This document shows positions 38,165-45,664 of a DNA stretch of 64,000 nucleotides, in pieces. The stretch comes from Patescibacteria group bacterium. Lineage in GTDB: Bacteria; Patescibacteriota; Patescibacteriia; Magasanikbacterales; GWA2-37-8. Both the position numbers and the translations under genes were made by a program. Under the pieces are notes generated by a model. That model was given only the letters and a program-made list of their open reading frames with translations. It was not told the DNA's origin and searched no databases. The stretch spans positions 62,000-125,999 of the forward strand of contig JBAZKA010000001.1 in assembly GCA_041651015.1 (NCBI GenBank), given 5' to 3'. Numbering within the stretch: position 1 is the stretch's first letter; the number at the start of each line of letters is the position of its first letter.

Positions 38165-39100
38165 ATGCTTAAAGTCATAGTGAAAAAATCCCCAATAGCG
38201 GGCAAGGGTATCTTTGCCGCGCAGAATTTCAAAATAGGTGAAGTGGTTTTTGTTTTACACGGACCGATAATCAAATATCCAACTGTGCCAGACTGGCGCA
38301 ATGGTCAAAATTGGCTTAATATTGCGAAGTTTACTTGGAAAATTCCCGACCATGATAATGTTTGGAATTATATTAATCATTCTTGCCGCCCAAATTCTTT
38401 ATTAACCGGCGGTACCAAAGTAGTCGCCATACGTCCCATTAGTAATGGGGACGAAGTCGTTATTGACTATTCTTGCACGGAAGCGGTCGCCGCTTGGAAG
38501 ATGAAATGCCATTGCCGACAAAAAAATTGTCGCGGCGTGATACGAAGTATCCAGTATTTGCCAAAAAATTTATTTGAGAAATATAAAAATTACATCCCGC
38601 TCTTTTTAAAGAAAGAATATTTGCAACATAAATTTTATTCCGGCCGCGCAAAGAGTGGCAGTCCGGCGATTTTCGCCAAGCAGATGATAATAAAAAATGA
38701 GACCATCTTTATAATCAAGGGACCGGTAATCAAATACACACGTCCGCCCCGTTATCAGATAGGCTATCATTGGCTGGGAATATCCAAAAATATTTGGCTG
38801 ATACCGTTTAGGAACAATCCTTGGTGGCAACTGCGTCACTCTTGCGATCCGAATGTTGGTTTAAAGGATAAAACGAAAGTTGTCGCCATGCGAGATATCA
38901 GAGCGGATGAAGAATTGGTGGTTGATGATTCTATTACGGAAGCCGATATAAAGTGGCACTTTGCCTGTCATTGCGGCTCAAAAAAATGTCGGAAGACGGT
39001 AAAATCAATACAGTTTTTGCCTCAAGCACTATTCAAAAAATACAAGCCATATATTCCTGATTTTTTCCGGCAGGAATATCTAAACAGTCGCAAAATCTGA
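38165..39100 (+). CDS. Tandem double SET-domain protein (putative protein-lysine methyltransferase); ORF track starts at 38081, Met at 38165 preferred
   Basis: Two complete SET modules: INHSCRPNS ... DY ... CHCRQKNCRG and LRHSCDPNV ... CHCGSKKCRKTV, each with GxG start (AGKGIFA) and post-SET Cys cluster. Confidence 0.7.
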   Translation: MLKVIVKKSPIAGKGIFAAQNFKIGEVVFVLHGPIIKYPTVPDWRNGQNWLNIAKFTWKIPDHDNVWNYINHSCRPNSLLTGGTKVVAIRPISNGDEVVIDYSCTEAVAAWKMKCHCRQKNCRGVIRSIQYLPKNLFEKYKNYIPLFLKKEYLQHKFYSGRAKSGSPAIFAKQMIIKNETIFIIKGPVIKYTRPPRYQIGYHWLGISKNIWLIPFRNNPWWQLRHSCDPNVGLKDKTKVVAMRDIRADEELVVDDSITEADIKWHFACHCGSKKCRKTVKSIQFLPQALFKKYKPYIPDFFRQEYLNSRKI

Positions 39101-39139
39101 TACGGGATTATTTAAGAACACCCCGCATGGCGCAGGGTG

Positions 39140-39412
39140 TCACAAACTCCGATAAATATCGTGTTTACCGATAGAGATAAATAAAATATCTCCGTTTGGT
39201 TCGCGTTCAAAAATAATTCTGTATCCGCCGGTAATGGAAATTGACCAAAGACCGTCCAACTTTCCTTGAAGGCCGTGCAAACGCAGGGACGGGTGCAGGG
39301 GATTGCTCTTGAATATATTTTCTTTCTTCGCGGCGAGCGCGATTAGTTCGGGCGGTAATTTTTTTAATTCCGCGACAAATTTTGAAGAATATAAAATTCG
39401 CGCAATGTTCAT
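39140..39412 (-). CDS. RelE/ParE-family type II toxin
   Basis: 90 aa; ...LRLHGLQGKLDGLWSISITGGYRIIFE ... IGKHDIY pattern typical of RelE/ParE-fold plasmid-stabilisation toxins. Confidence 0.7.
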   Translation of the reverse strand: MNIARILYSSKFVAELKKLPPELIALAAKKENIFKSNPLHPSLRLHGLQGKLDGLWSISITGGYRIIFEREPNGDILFISIGKHDIYRSL

Positions 39413-39636
39413 ATCAAATCGGCCAGAGATTTGGCTTTGATTGATTTGCCGGCGCGGTATTCATTACGGGCTTCGCACACATTTTTCAAAAGTTCAGCTT
39501 CGGAAATTGAATCTTTGTCAGTCTGAAATAGATATTTTACATAGGAACTCACCGAAGCATAACCGCGTTTTTTGGCGGTTTGTTTCATTTCCCGCGCGTC
39601 AACCGCGGGCAGAGATAATGACATTATTTGGCGCAT
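39409..39636 (-). CDS. Cognate antitoxin (RHH/ParD-like), overlaps the toxin start by 4 nt
   Basis: 75 aa immediately upstream of the toxin in canonical antitoxin-toxin order; small charged protein. Confidence 0.55.
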   Translation of the reverse strand: MRQIMSLSLPAVDAREMKQTAKKRGYASVSSYVKYLFQTDKDSISEAELLKNVCEARNEYRAGKSIKAKSLADLI

Positions 39637-39648
39637 ATTAATGTGTTA

Positions 39649-39687
39649 TGTATTACAATATAATTGTAATACAGTTGTATTACAATG
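39649..39687. promoter_or_regulatory. Palindromic operator TGTATTACAAT-ATA-ATTGTAATACA plus a third half-site, directly upstream of the antitoxin gene
   Basis: Perfect 11-bp inverted repeat with 3-bp spacer; additional TGTATTACAA at 39676-39685. Confidence 0.6.
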
Positions 39688-39709
39688 TCAAGTCCGTATG
39701 ATCAAAATA

Positions 39710-39919
39710 TTAAAATTCAAACAAATCCTCAATTGTCGTCTTGAGCGCCTTGGCCACGTCATGCGCCAGTTTTAGAGAGGGGTTGTATTTATTCTGCTCC
39801 AAAAATACGACTGTTTCGCGTCTGACCTTCGCGATATTTGCCAATTCTTCCTGAGTGATATTTAGTTTATTTCTAAATTCTTTAATCCGGTTTTTCATAA
39901 GGCAAATTATTTTCTGCAT
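39710..39919 (-). CDS. XRE-family (Cro/cI-type) HTH transcriptional regulator
   Basis: [41 protein letters not shown] is a canonical XRE HTH. Confidence 0.65.
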   Translation of the reverse strand: MQKIICLMKNRIKEFRNKLNITQEELANIAKVRRETVVFLEQNKYNPSLKLAHDVAKALKTTIEDLFEF

Positions 39920-40467
39920 TCAACGCTTGGCGCCGGGAAATCCGGATGGCCATGCTGGACCCAAACGCCCTCTTGGCACATCCAATCATCTTCGCCACTC
40001 AATAATCTCAGGCCGGCCATTATAATCATAATTATAATGACAATGCCGAGCGCGGTAAGTACCTTTCTTTTAATGCTGGTTTTATCCATAACTTTTACGT
40101 TGTTGTAAAAACGGAATATCAAAGCGTAAACGAGCATAAGGAAACAGGTGGAGTAGGCGAGTGCGGCGGCAATGGTTTCATACGCGGGATTGATTTCGCG
40201 CTTGGCATAAAGAAAAAACATCACCGCGACAGCGAACCAGCTGTAGATTTGTATGGCCCAACGCGCGGACGCGCCACCGATTTCATAGTCGCGTTCATCA
40301 GCGATGATTTCTCTAACTCTTCCGCGGAAATAAAAAAGAATTAGATAGGAGGCTGTCACCCCGATAATCGGGAAAATATAATTCCGGCTGGTGACAGACC
40401 AACTACACAGCATGGCGAGGGCTACGACAATCACGATTTTCAGCGTGGTATATTGTTTTAGATTCAT
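39907..40467 (-). CDS. Integral membrane protein (DUF2178-like partner of the XRE regulator)
   Basis: 186 aa, 4 TM helices; overlaps the start of the XRE gene by 13 nt. Confidence 0.45.
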   Translation of the reverse strand: MNLKQYTTLKIVIVVALAMLCSWSVTSRNYIFPIIGVTASYLILFYFRGRVREIIADERDYEIGGASARWAIQIYSWFAVAVMFFLYAKREINPAYETIAAALAYSTCFLMLVYALIFRFYNNVKVMDKTSIKRKVLTALGIVIIIMIIMAGLRLLSGEDDWMCQEGVWVQHGHPDFPAPSVECRK

Positions 40468-40576
40468 ATTTCTTTGTTAGAAATAATTAACATATCCCTA
40501 TGTTATATAATTCTAACATTTTTGTCAAGAGGGGTGTGGATAAAACAAAAAAGCCCTGATGGGCTATTTATTTTTG

Positions 40577-40650
40577 CGGGTCGGACGGGACTCGAACCCG
40601 CAACTTCCTCCGTGACAGGGAGGTGCTCTAACCAGTTGAACTACCGACCC
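40577..40650 (-). tRNA. tRNA-Asp (anticodon GTC)
   Basis: Sense strand GGGTCGGTAGTTCAACTGGTTAGAGCACCTCCCTGTCACGGAGGAAGTTGCGGGTTCGAGTCCCGTCCGACCCG; anticodon loop CTGTCAC; closely resembles canonical bacterial tRNA-Asp. Confidence 0.85.
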
Positions 40651-40681
40651 AAATTGTAAAATGATGTTTTATCCCGACCTT

Positions 40682-40700
40682 GCGTCGGGATTGAACTACC
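40682..40700 (-). repeat. Duplicated 5-prime fragment of tRNA-Asp (TTGAACTACCGACCCAA), 34 nt beyond the tRNA 5-prime end
   Basis: 17-18-nt exact copy of 40637-40653, preceded by a small hairpin ATCCCGAC-cttgcg-TCGGGAT. Confidence 0.5.
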
Positions 40701-40772
40701 GACCCAATTGGCAATTCGTGGATAATTATATATGAATTTACTATTTTTGTCAAATCATTATAGCAAACAAAA

Positions 40773-40858
40773 AAGCCCCTGAAGTGTTCGGGGTAGAGAC
40801 GGAATCGAAGGAGGGGGCGATTCCGCAATACACCAAACACTTTCGGGGCTCTTTATTT
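40773..40858. terminator. Long imperfect hairpin with T-run; probable bidirectional terminator (serves rplT on the minus strand)
   Basis: AGCCCCTGAAGTGTT ... AACACTTTCGGGGCT, ~13-bp stem enclosing ~45 nt, followed by CTTTATTTTT and preceded by AAAAA. Confidence 0.55.
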
Positions 40859-41034
40859 TTAGACGTGTTCACGATAGCACAAATTCCGGTTCTTGTCAAG
40901 CCCCTCATTCAGAGACCTGTGTAATTCGACGTATACAATTTCTATAAATTATCTAATAGAAATTTGATTATTCCGCTATTAATGGTCTCTGAGTGAGGGG
41001 TCAAGAGCTTTTCGTTTATCCACTGTTTAAGCCA

Positions 41035-41379
41035 TTATTTCACGGCCGCGATAATGGCGGAAAAGATTTTTGGATTGGTTTCGGCAATCTCGGCCAAAAC
41101 CTTGCGGTTCAAATTGATGCCTTTCTTTTTCAAGGCACCAATGAATTTGGAATAGGACAGGCCTTCGGCGCGGACTGCGGCGTTGATGTTCACCGACCAA
41201 TTGGCGCGAGCCAAGCGTTTCTTTAAGTGGCGTCCGACTACGGCGTGAGCGCCGGCTTTGCTTCGGGCTGTTTTAGCCAGTTTCATTTTTGATTTACGTC
41301 CCCAGCGATAACCCTTGGTCGCTTTGAGGATATTCTTGCGGTGTTTGGCATGAATCATGCCGCCTTTAATTCTGGTCAT
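41035..41379 (-). CDS. rplT: 50S ribosomal protein L20
   Basis: 114 aa with strong L20 signature (RIKGGMIHAKHRKNILKATKGYRWGRKS...). Confidence 0.95.
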   Translation of the reverse strand: MTRIKGGMIHAKHRKNILKATKGYRWGRKSKMKLAKTARSKAGAHAVVGRHLKKRLARANWSVNINAAVRAEGLSYSKFIGALKKKGINLNRKVLAEIAETNPKIFSAIIAAVK

Positions 41380-41384
41380 AGTGG

Positions 41385-41576
41385 TTAAGCGATATTTTCT
41401 TTAACAAAATGTTCCATTCTCGGGCTAAGCGTCATGTCTGAACGCTTATTGCGTTTCACATTACCGGTTTCTCGGCTGTTGAAATGCGCTTGTCCGCTTT
41501 TGCGTTTGATCACCTTGCCGGTTTTCGTCACGCGGAATCTCTTGGAGATTGACTTGTTGGTTTTCATCTTTGCCAT
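41385..41576 (-). CDS. rpmI: 50S ribosomal protein L35
   Basis: 63 aa MAKMKTNKSISKRFRVTKTGKV..; typical position between infC and rplT. Confidence 0.9.
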   Translation of the reverse strand: MAKMKTNKSISKRFRVTKTGKVIKRKSGQAHFNSRETGNVKRNKRSDMTLSPRMEHFVKENIA

Positions 41577-41613
41577 AACGTTGAATTAATTGTTTGAAAA
41601 TGTAAAAGGTAAT

Positions 41614-42162
41614 TTAGGTTTTGAAAATTGTGGCCGTAATCGTACTACCTTGACGCTCAACTTCCTGATCGTATTTGATGGTAATATCCGCGGTGGCCGA
41701 TTGAATAAATTTTTTGATCATTTCAAAGGCCATGGCTGATTGCTGATTTTCCCGTCCGCGTAAACAAACGTCAACTTTTACTTTGTCTCCGCCGTTCAAA
41801 AAGTTCAAGGTTTGTTTACGGCGAATTTCCATATCATTGGCGCCAATACGTAGAGACAAGCGGACGCATTTTGTCTTGGAGACATGCTGGTGCGCTTTGC
41901 GGATGCGGGAGGCCTTTTCTTGCTGGTATTGGTATTGACCGAAGTTCATGATTTTCGCCACCGGCGGTTCGGTCTTTGGATTGATTTCCACTAAATCCAT
42001 TTCTTGTTCGCGCGCTTTGCGGATCGCTTCGCCGGTCGTCATTACACCCAAACTGGCGCCGGTTGCATCCAAAACTAAAACCTGAAGAGCTTTAATCCCT
42101 TCGTTAAAGAAAAATTCTTTTTTTGGTTCTTCCGGTTTTCTGCGACGATGCGAAATACGCAT
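41614..42162 (-). CDS. infC: Translation initiation factor IF-3
   Basis: 182 aa; IF3 N- and C-domain patterns (EINPKTEPPVAKIMNFGQYQY..., KVKVDVCLRGRE); conserved infC-rpmI-rplT operon order. Confidence 0.9.
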   Translation of the reverse strand: MRISHRRRKPEEPKKEFFFNEGIKALQVLVLDATGASLGVMTTGEAIRKAREQEMDLVEINPKTEPPVAKIMNFGQYQYQQEKASRIRKAHQHVSKTKCVRLSLRIGANDMEIRRKQTLNFLNGGDKVKVDVCLRGRENQQSAMAFEMIKKFIQSATADITIKYDQEVERQGSTITATIFKT

Positions 42163-42167
42163 AAATT

Positions 42168-42258
42168 AGTTTATAAAGTTCATAAAGTTATAAAGTTCAT
42201 AAAGTAATGTGAATTTTGTGAACATAGGGTCGCGAAACTTTACAAACTTTATAAACTT
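42168..42258. repeat. ATAAAGTT-type palindromic repeat array (family copy 2), between the ssrA 3-prime end and the infC start
   Basis: AGTTTATAAAGTTCATAAAGTTATAAAGTTCATAAAGT ... ACTTTACAAACTTTATAAACTT; same family as 22821-22900. Confidence 0.65.
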
Positions 42259-42287
42259 TTTACTTTTAACTTGCCGCGAAGCGGCGG

Positions 42288-42681
42288 TGGAGATGGCGAG
42301 AGTCGAACTCGCGTCCAGATGGCCACGCCACAGCCGTCTACATGCTTAGTTCTCTTATTTTTAACCAAACTGTATTCAGAGAACGAAAATTCGTTTGGCG
42401 TGCCGGCTTTGCCTTTCAATTACTTCACCTCCGGCTCGGTTGGTAATCTACGCCTGATGATTTGCGCCGCGTTTAGTTACCAGGTGTGGCTAAGGCGACG
42501 GAAGCGGCAATTAAGCCGCGACAGGAGCAAAACTCATCGCCGGGCTAAAAGCTCGAGCAATGGATGTTTTGACTTTTGAAAATAAGTTGGCACTTATTAT
42601 TTGGTCCATGTATTTACGAGGGTTGGACCGACCTCGGCATGCGAACTATAACGCCGGTCTCTGTCAAAGCCCGGCATCCCC
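42288..42681 (-). ncRNA. ssrA: tmRNA (ssrA)
   Basis: Minus strand starts GGGGATGCCGGGCTTTGACAGAGACCGG... and ends ...GGACGCGAGTTCGACTCTCGCCATCTCCA (tRNA-like T-arm and acceptor). A candidate tag ORF beginning at nt 91 reads GCC AAC ... GTC GCG GCT TAA (ends ...FAPVAA-stop). Lies 2 nt downstream of the smpB stop. Confidence 0.85.
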
Positions 42682-42682
42682 A

Positions 42683-43126
42683 TTACATATTTTTCAATGT
42701 TCTTTTGACTTCTTTGGCTGAGTCGCGCTTCTTGATTGACTCGCGTTTATCAAATTGCTTCTTACCGCGAGCCACGCCGACCTCAACTTTTACAAAGCGG
42801 TTTTTAGTATACACCTTTAAAGGTACGATTGTCAAGCCCTTTTCTTGTGATTTGGCGCGTAAATAATCAATTTCCTTTTTTTTGAGAAGCAGGCGACGGC
42901 TGTGGGTCGGGTCATAGTCGGGATTGGGGCCGGCCGGCTGATAAGCGCTGATATGGGCGTTGGTGAGCAGGGCGTCGCTCCCGTGAAAGGTGACAAACGA
43001 GCCTTTTAAATTCATATGTCCGGCTTTGGCGGATTTTACTTCGGCGCCGGTCAATACTAAACCCGCTTCCAGTTTTTTCAGAATTTCATAGTCAAAAAAG
43101 GCTTTTTTGTTTTCGGTTAGAGACAT
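42683..43126 (-). CDS. smpB: SsrA-binding protein SmpB
   Basis: 147 aa; conserved SmpB core (NKKAFFDYEI ... GLVLTGAEVKS..., basic C-terminal tail). Confidence 0.9.
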   Translation of the reverse strand: MSLTENKKAFFDYEILKKLEAGLVLTGAEVKSAKAGHMNLKGSFVTFHGSDALLTNAHISAYQPAGPNPDYDPTHSRRLLLKKKEIDYLRAKSQEKGLTIVPLKVYTKNRFVKVEVGVARGKKQFDKRESIKKRDSAKEVKRTLKNM

Positions 43127-43208
43127 AATAAACGAATTTTATCATAATTATTAGCAAAAATCAATCCTATTTATTTATTTTCACTTTTATGCTACATTAT
43201 ATATACTT

Positions 43209-44009
43209 ATGTCTCTTTCAGCGAGAAAATTTTCAGTGCATCCGAAGCTGGCCGCGGCCGTGGATTTATTGTTAAACCTCGGCACGCTTTTATTGTTTCC
43301 CAAATTGACCGGTTGGCAATGGTTCGCCGCTTGGTTTGTGATTCGCGCCGTGCTTTGGGCGCTCTTCATCCGGCTGGTATATTATCCGCCCGAGCTTTCC
43401 CGCTGGCGCCATTTTTGGTCGCTGATATTTTTTAATTTCGGCGTCATTGTCGCGCTGTCAATTTTTATTGAATGGACCGTGGCCTGGTATTTGCTCGCGG
43501 CCGTGTTTGTAATTTTTTCCGCCGCCAGTTTTTGGCTGTTGCCGTCAGGTGAAAGTTTGCTCGCGTTTTATCGCAAACCTTTTCGCCGTTGGTTATTTCT
43601 AATGGACGCATTTGGGTTGGCCGGTTTTTGGTGTGGTATTTTTGCTTTGATGCAATTCCAATTGTGGCAAAATACTTTTTATCCTTTTTTGGAATTTCTC
43701 GGCGCGCTTTTGACCGCGGCCGTGTCGCTTTGGTGGTGGCGCGCTTATGGCATGGAATATTCTCGGCGATTTTGGCTGTCGCTCGCGGTGATTTTTCTTC
43801 TCACCTTTGAACTAGCTTGGATTGTCACCCGTTGGCCGATTGGTTTTATGGTGAGCGGAATGGTAATGATTTGGTTTTGGTATATTTTATGGCTGGTGAT
43901 GAGATTTAATTTATCCAAAGAGGGCATTGATTGGAAAAAGCAAAAATTCTTTTTGGTTTCCAGTGTAATTTTATTTATTTTATTTATGTTACTCGCCCGC
44001 TGGCGATAA
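43209..44009 (+). CDS. Polytopic membrane protein, Trp-rich, about 8 TM helices (hypothetical)
   Basis: 266 aa, highly hydrophobic with many W/F residues; no recognisable catalytic motif. Confidence 0.45.
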   Translation: MSLSARKFSVHPKLAAAVDLLLNLGTLLLFPKLTGWQWFAAWFVIRAVLWALFIRLVYYPPELSRWRHFWSLIFFNFGVIVALSIFIEWTVAWYLLAAVFVIFSAASFWLLPSGESLLAFYRKPFRRWLFLMDAFGLAGFWCGIFALMQFQLWQNTFYPFLEFLGALLTAAVSLWWWRAYGMEYSRRFWLSLAVIFLLTFELAWIVTRWPIGFMVSGMVMIWFWYILWLVMRFNLSKEGIDWKKQKFFLVSSVILFILFMLLARWR

Positions 44010-44016
44010 ATTTACT

Positions 44017-45108
44017 ATGATTCCTCCACATTTACCCAAACCGTCTTGTAATATTGCCGCGCATCAGCGCTGGCTCGGGATTAAAATCATGATGATCGGT
44101 TCCGCTTTTGGTTTGATCGCCGGATTGACCGGCGCGATTATTGTCATTGGTTGGATCTGGCCGGGTTATGGCGGGGGAGACACTTGGGTGGTGTCGCAAA
44201 ATCGTAGCACGGTTTCCTCGGCTTCGCTTGATGAAACGACCAGCCGTGATAGTTCGGATAGAGTGTTTACAATTTATAAAACAACTTCCAAAATAAATGA
44301 ATTGGAATACTTGGCCGCGGAAAATAAATTGGGCGAAGCGGTGGTGATAAGTTCGGACGGCTGGCTCGCGCTGGCGGTAGAAAATAAAAGCGCGTTGACA
44401 AATATTGTCAAAGCTCGCGCTTTAGGTTCTGACGGCGCGGTATTCGCGGTGCAAAAAACAATTTTTGATCCGTATGCAAAAATTTTATATGTCAAAATAA
44501 ATCCGGTCAATCAAGCGGCGGGTGGAACACCGGCCACGCAATTCAGAGTGGCTATCTTTGAAGAAACAATTGCGCCCTATGACCAAATATTTATCCGCGA
44601 GAATAATGAGTGGCGGCAAACCGCGGTGGGGCAAAAACAATCAGACGCCGCGGCGCATTTGGACGGCGCCCCGGGATATTCTTATTCGGTTGACGGACGA
44701 TTTTCCGCCGGTACCGTGGCCATAAACAGCCGTGGGCGAGTAGTTGGCTTAATTGATTCAAGCGGACGTCTTTCACCCAGTATTTTTGTGACGCGCATCA
44801 TGCCGTCCATACTTGGACAGCAAAAAATTTCTTATCCGACTTTTGGCGTCAGCGGTTGGTCATCGGGCGACGCAACGGCCATTGTTTCCAGTTCCGTGGT
44901 TTCCGGCTTTGCGGTAGATGATGTCTGGAGCAAAAAATCCAAATTGAAAAAAGGCGACGTGATTATGGAAATCAACGGGCAAATTGTTCGTGATGAGACA
45001 TTGTGGTATAATATCAGCGGAAAACAAGCGACCGTAACTGTTTGGCGCGGCACTGCGTCTGTGGATTTGATAGTGGATATTTTGGCGGCCGATGCCGGTT
45101 CGTTGTAG
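44017..45108 (+). CDS. Membrane-anchored PDZ-domain protein, HtrA-like but apparently lacking the catalytic serine motif
   Basis: N-terminal TM; ...GTVAINSRGRVVGLI resembles the HtrA substrate-binding loop, but GNSGGPL is replaced by SAGTV; C-terminal PDZ-like GDVIMEINGQIV. Confidence 0.45.
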   Translation: MIPPHLPKPSCNIAAHQRWLGIKIMMIGSAFGLIAGLTGAIIVIGWIWPGYGGGDTWVVSQNRSTVSSASLDETTSRDSSDRVFTIYKTTSKINELEYLAAENKLGEAVVISSDGWLALAVENKSALTNIVKARALGSDGAVFAVQKTIFDPYAKILYVKINPVNQAAGGTPATQFRVAIFEETIAPYDQIFIRENNEWRQTAVGQKQSDAAAHLDGAPGYSYSVDGRFSAGTVAINSRGRVVGLIDSSGRLSPSIFVTRIMPSILGQQKISYPTFGVSGWSSGDATAIVSSSVVSGFAVDDVWSKKSKLKKGDVIMEINGQIVRDETLWYNISGKQATVTVWRGTASVDLIVDILAADAGSL

Positions 45109-45150
45109 GTTTTTTACAAATAAAATTATCAATTATTTTAAATTAAAATT

Positions 45151-45477
45151 ATGCAACCAGATATAATTACCGCGTTTGTGTCTGAACTTTTGAAAAAGGC
45201 CGGCTTGTCTGACGTGCCGAAAAATTTTTATGATGAATACGCCGAGAAAATCGGCGCGGAAGTGCAAAAGCGTTTGGGTGTGGTGGCGATGAACGAGTTG
45301 CGCCCGGATGCCGTGGAAAAATTCGGCGAACTGGTGGCGCGAGACGCAAAGCCTGAGGAATTGGCTGTGTTTTTTCAGGAAAATATTCCGGATTATGAAG
45401 TGAAAATTACTGAAGCACTCAAGGATTTTGCCGATGACTTTTTAGCCTCGGCCGCGAAATTAAAATCCGAAGTATAA
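45151..45477 (+). CDS. Hypothetical small acidic protein
   Basis: 108-aa ORF, plausible gene spacing; no motifs. Confidence 0.35.
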   Translation: MQPDIITAFVSELLKKAGLSDVPKNFYDEYAEKIGAEVQKRLGVVAMNELRPDAVEKFGELVARDAKPEELAVFFQENIPDYEVKITEALKDFADDFLASAAKLKSEV

Positions 45478-45482
45478 ATTTT

Positions 45483-45656
45483 ATGGCGGATAAAAACGGC
45501 AAAGTTGCCGCTTACAAAAAATTGGTGAAAGATTACGGAGAATGGAACTCGCTGATGAATCGTTTGGAAAAAGACGAGTTGGATTTAAGGCGCAAGTTTT
45601 CGGCTGTTTCTGATCAAGCCAAAATGGAAGATGTAAAAAAGAAAATCAAACAATAA
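45483..45656 (+). CDS. Hypothetical small coiled-coil protein (57 aa, below the ORF-track cutoff)
   Basis: ATG at 45483 to TAA at 45654-45656; KE-rich; tightly spaced between neighbours. Confidence 0.25.
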   Translation: MADKNGKVAAYKKLVKDYGEWNSLMNRLEKDELDLRRKFSAVSDQAKMEDVKKKIKQ

Positions 45657-45664
45657 ATTTTGAA

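Noticed and set aside
40474-40840. ORFs 40474-40659 (+) and 40628-40840 (-)
   Set aside because: They overlap tRNA-Asp, its fragment duplicate and the terminator hairpin. No coding signal.
42271-42866. ORF-track ORFs 42271-42579 (+) and 42576-42866 (+)
   Set aside because: They overlap the tmRNA gene and smpB on the opposite strand; the sequence is fully explained by ssrA and smpB.
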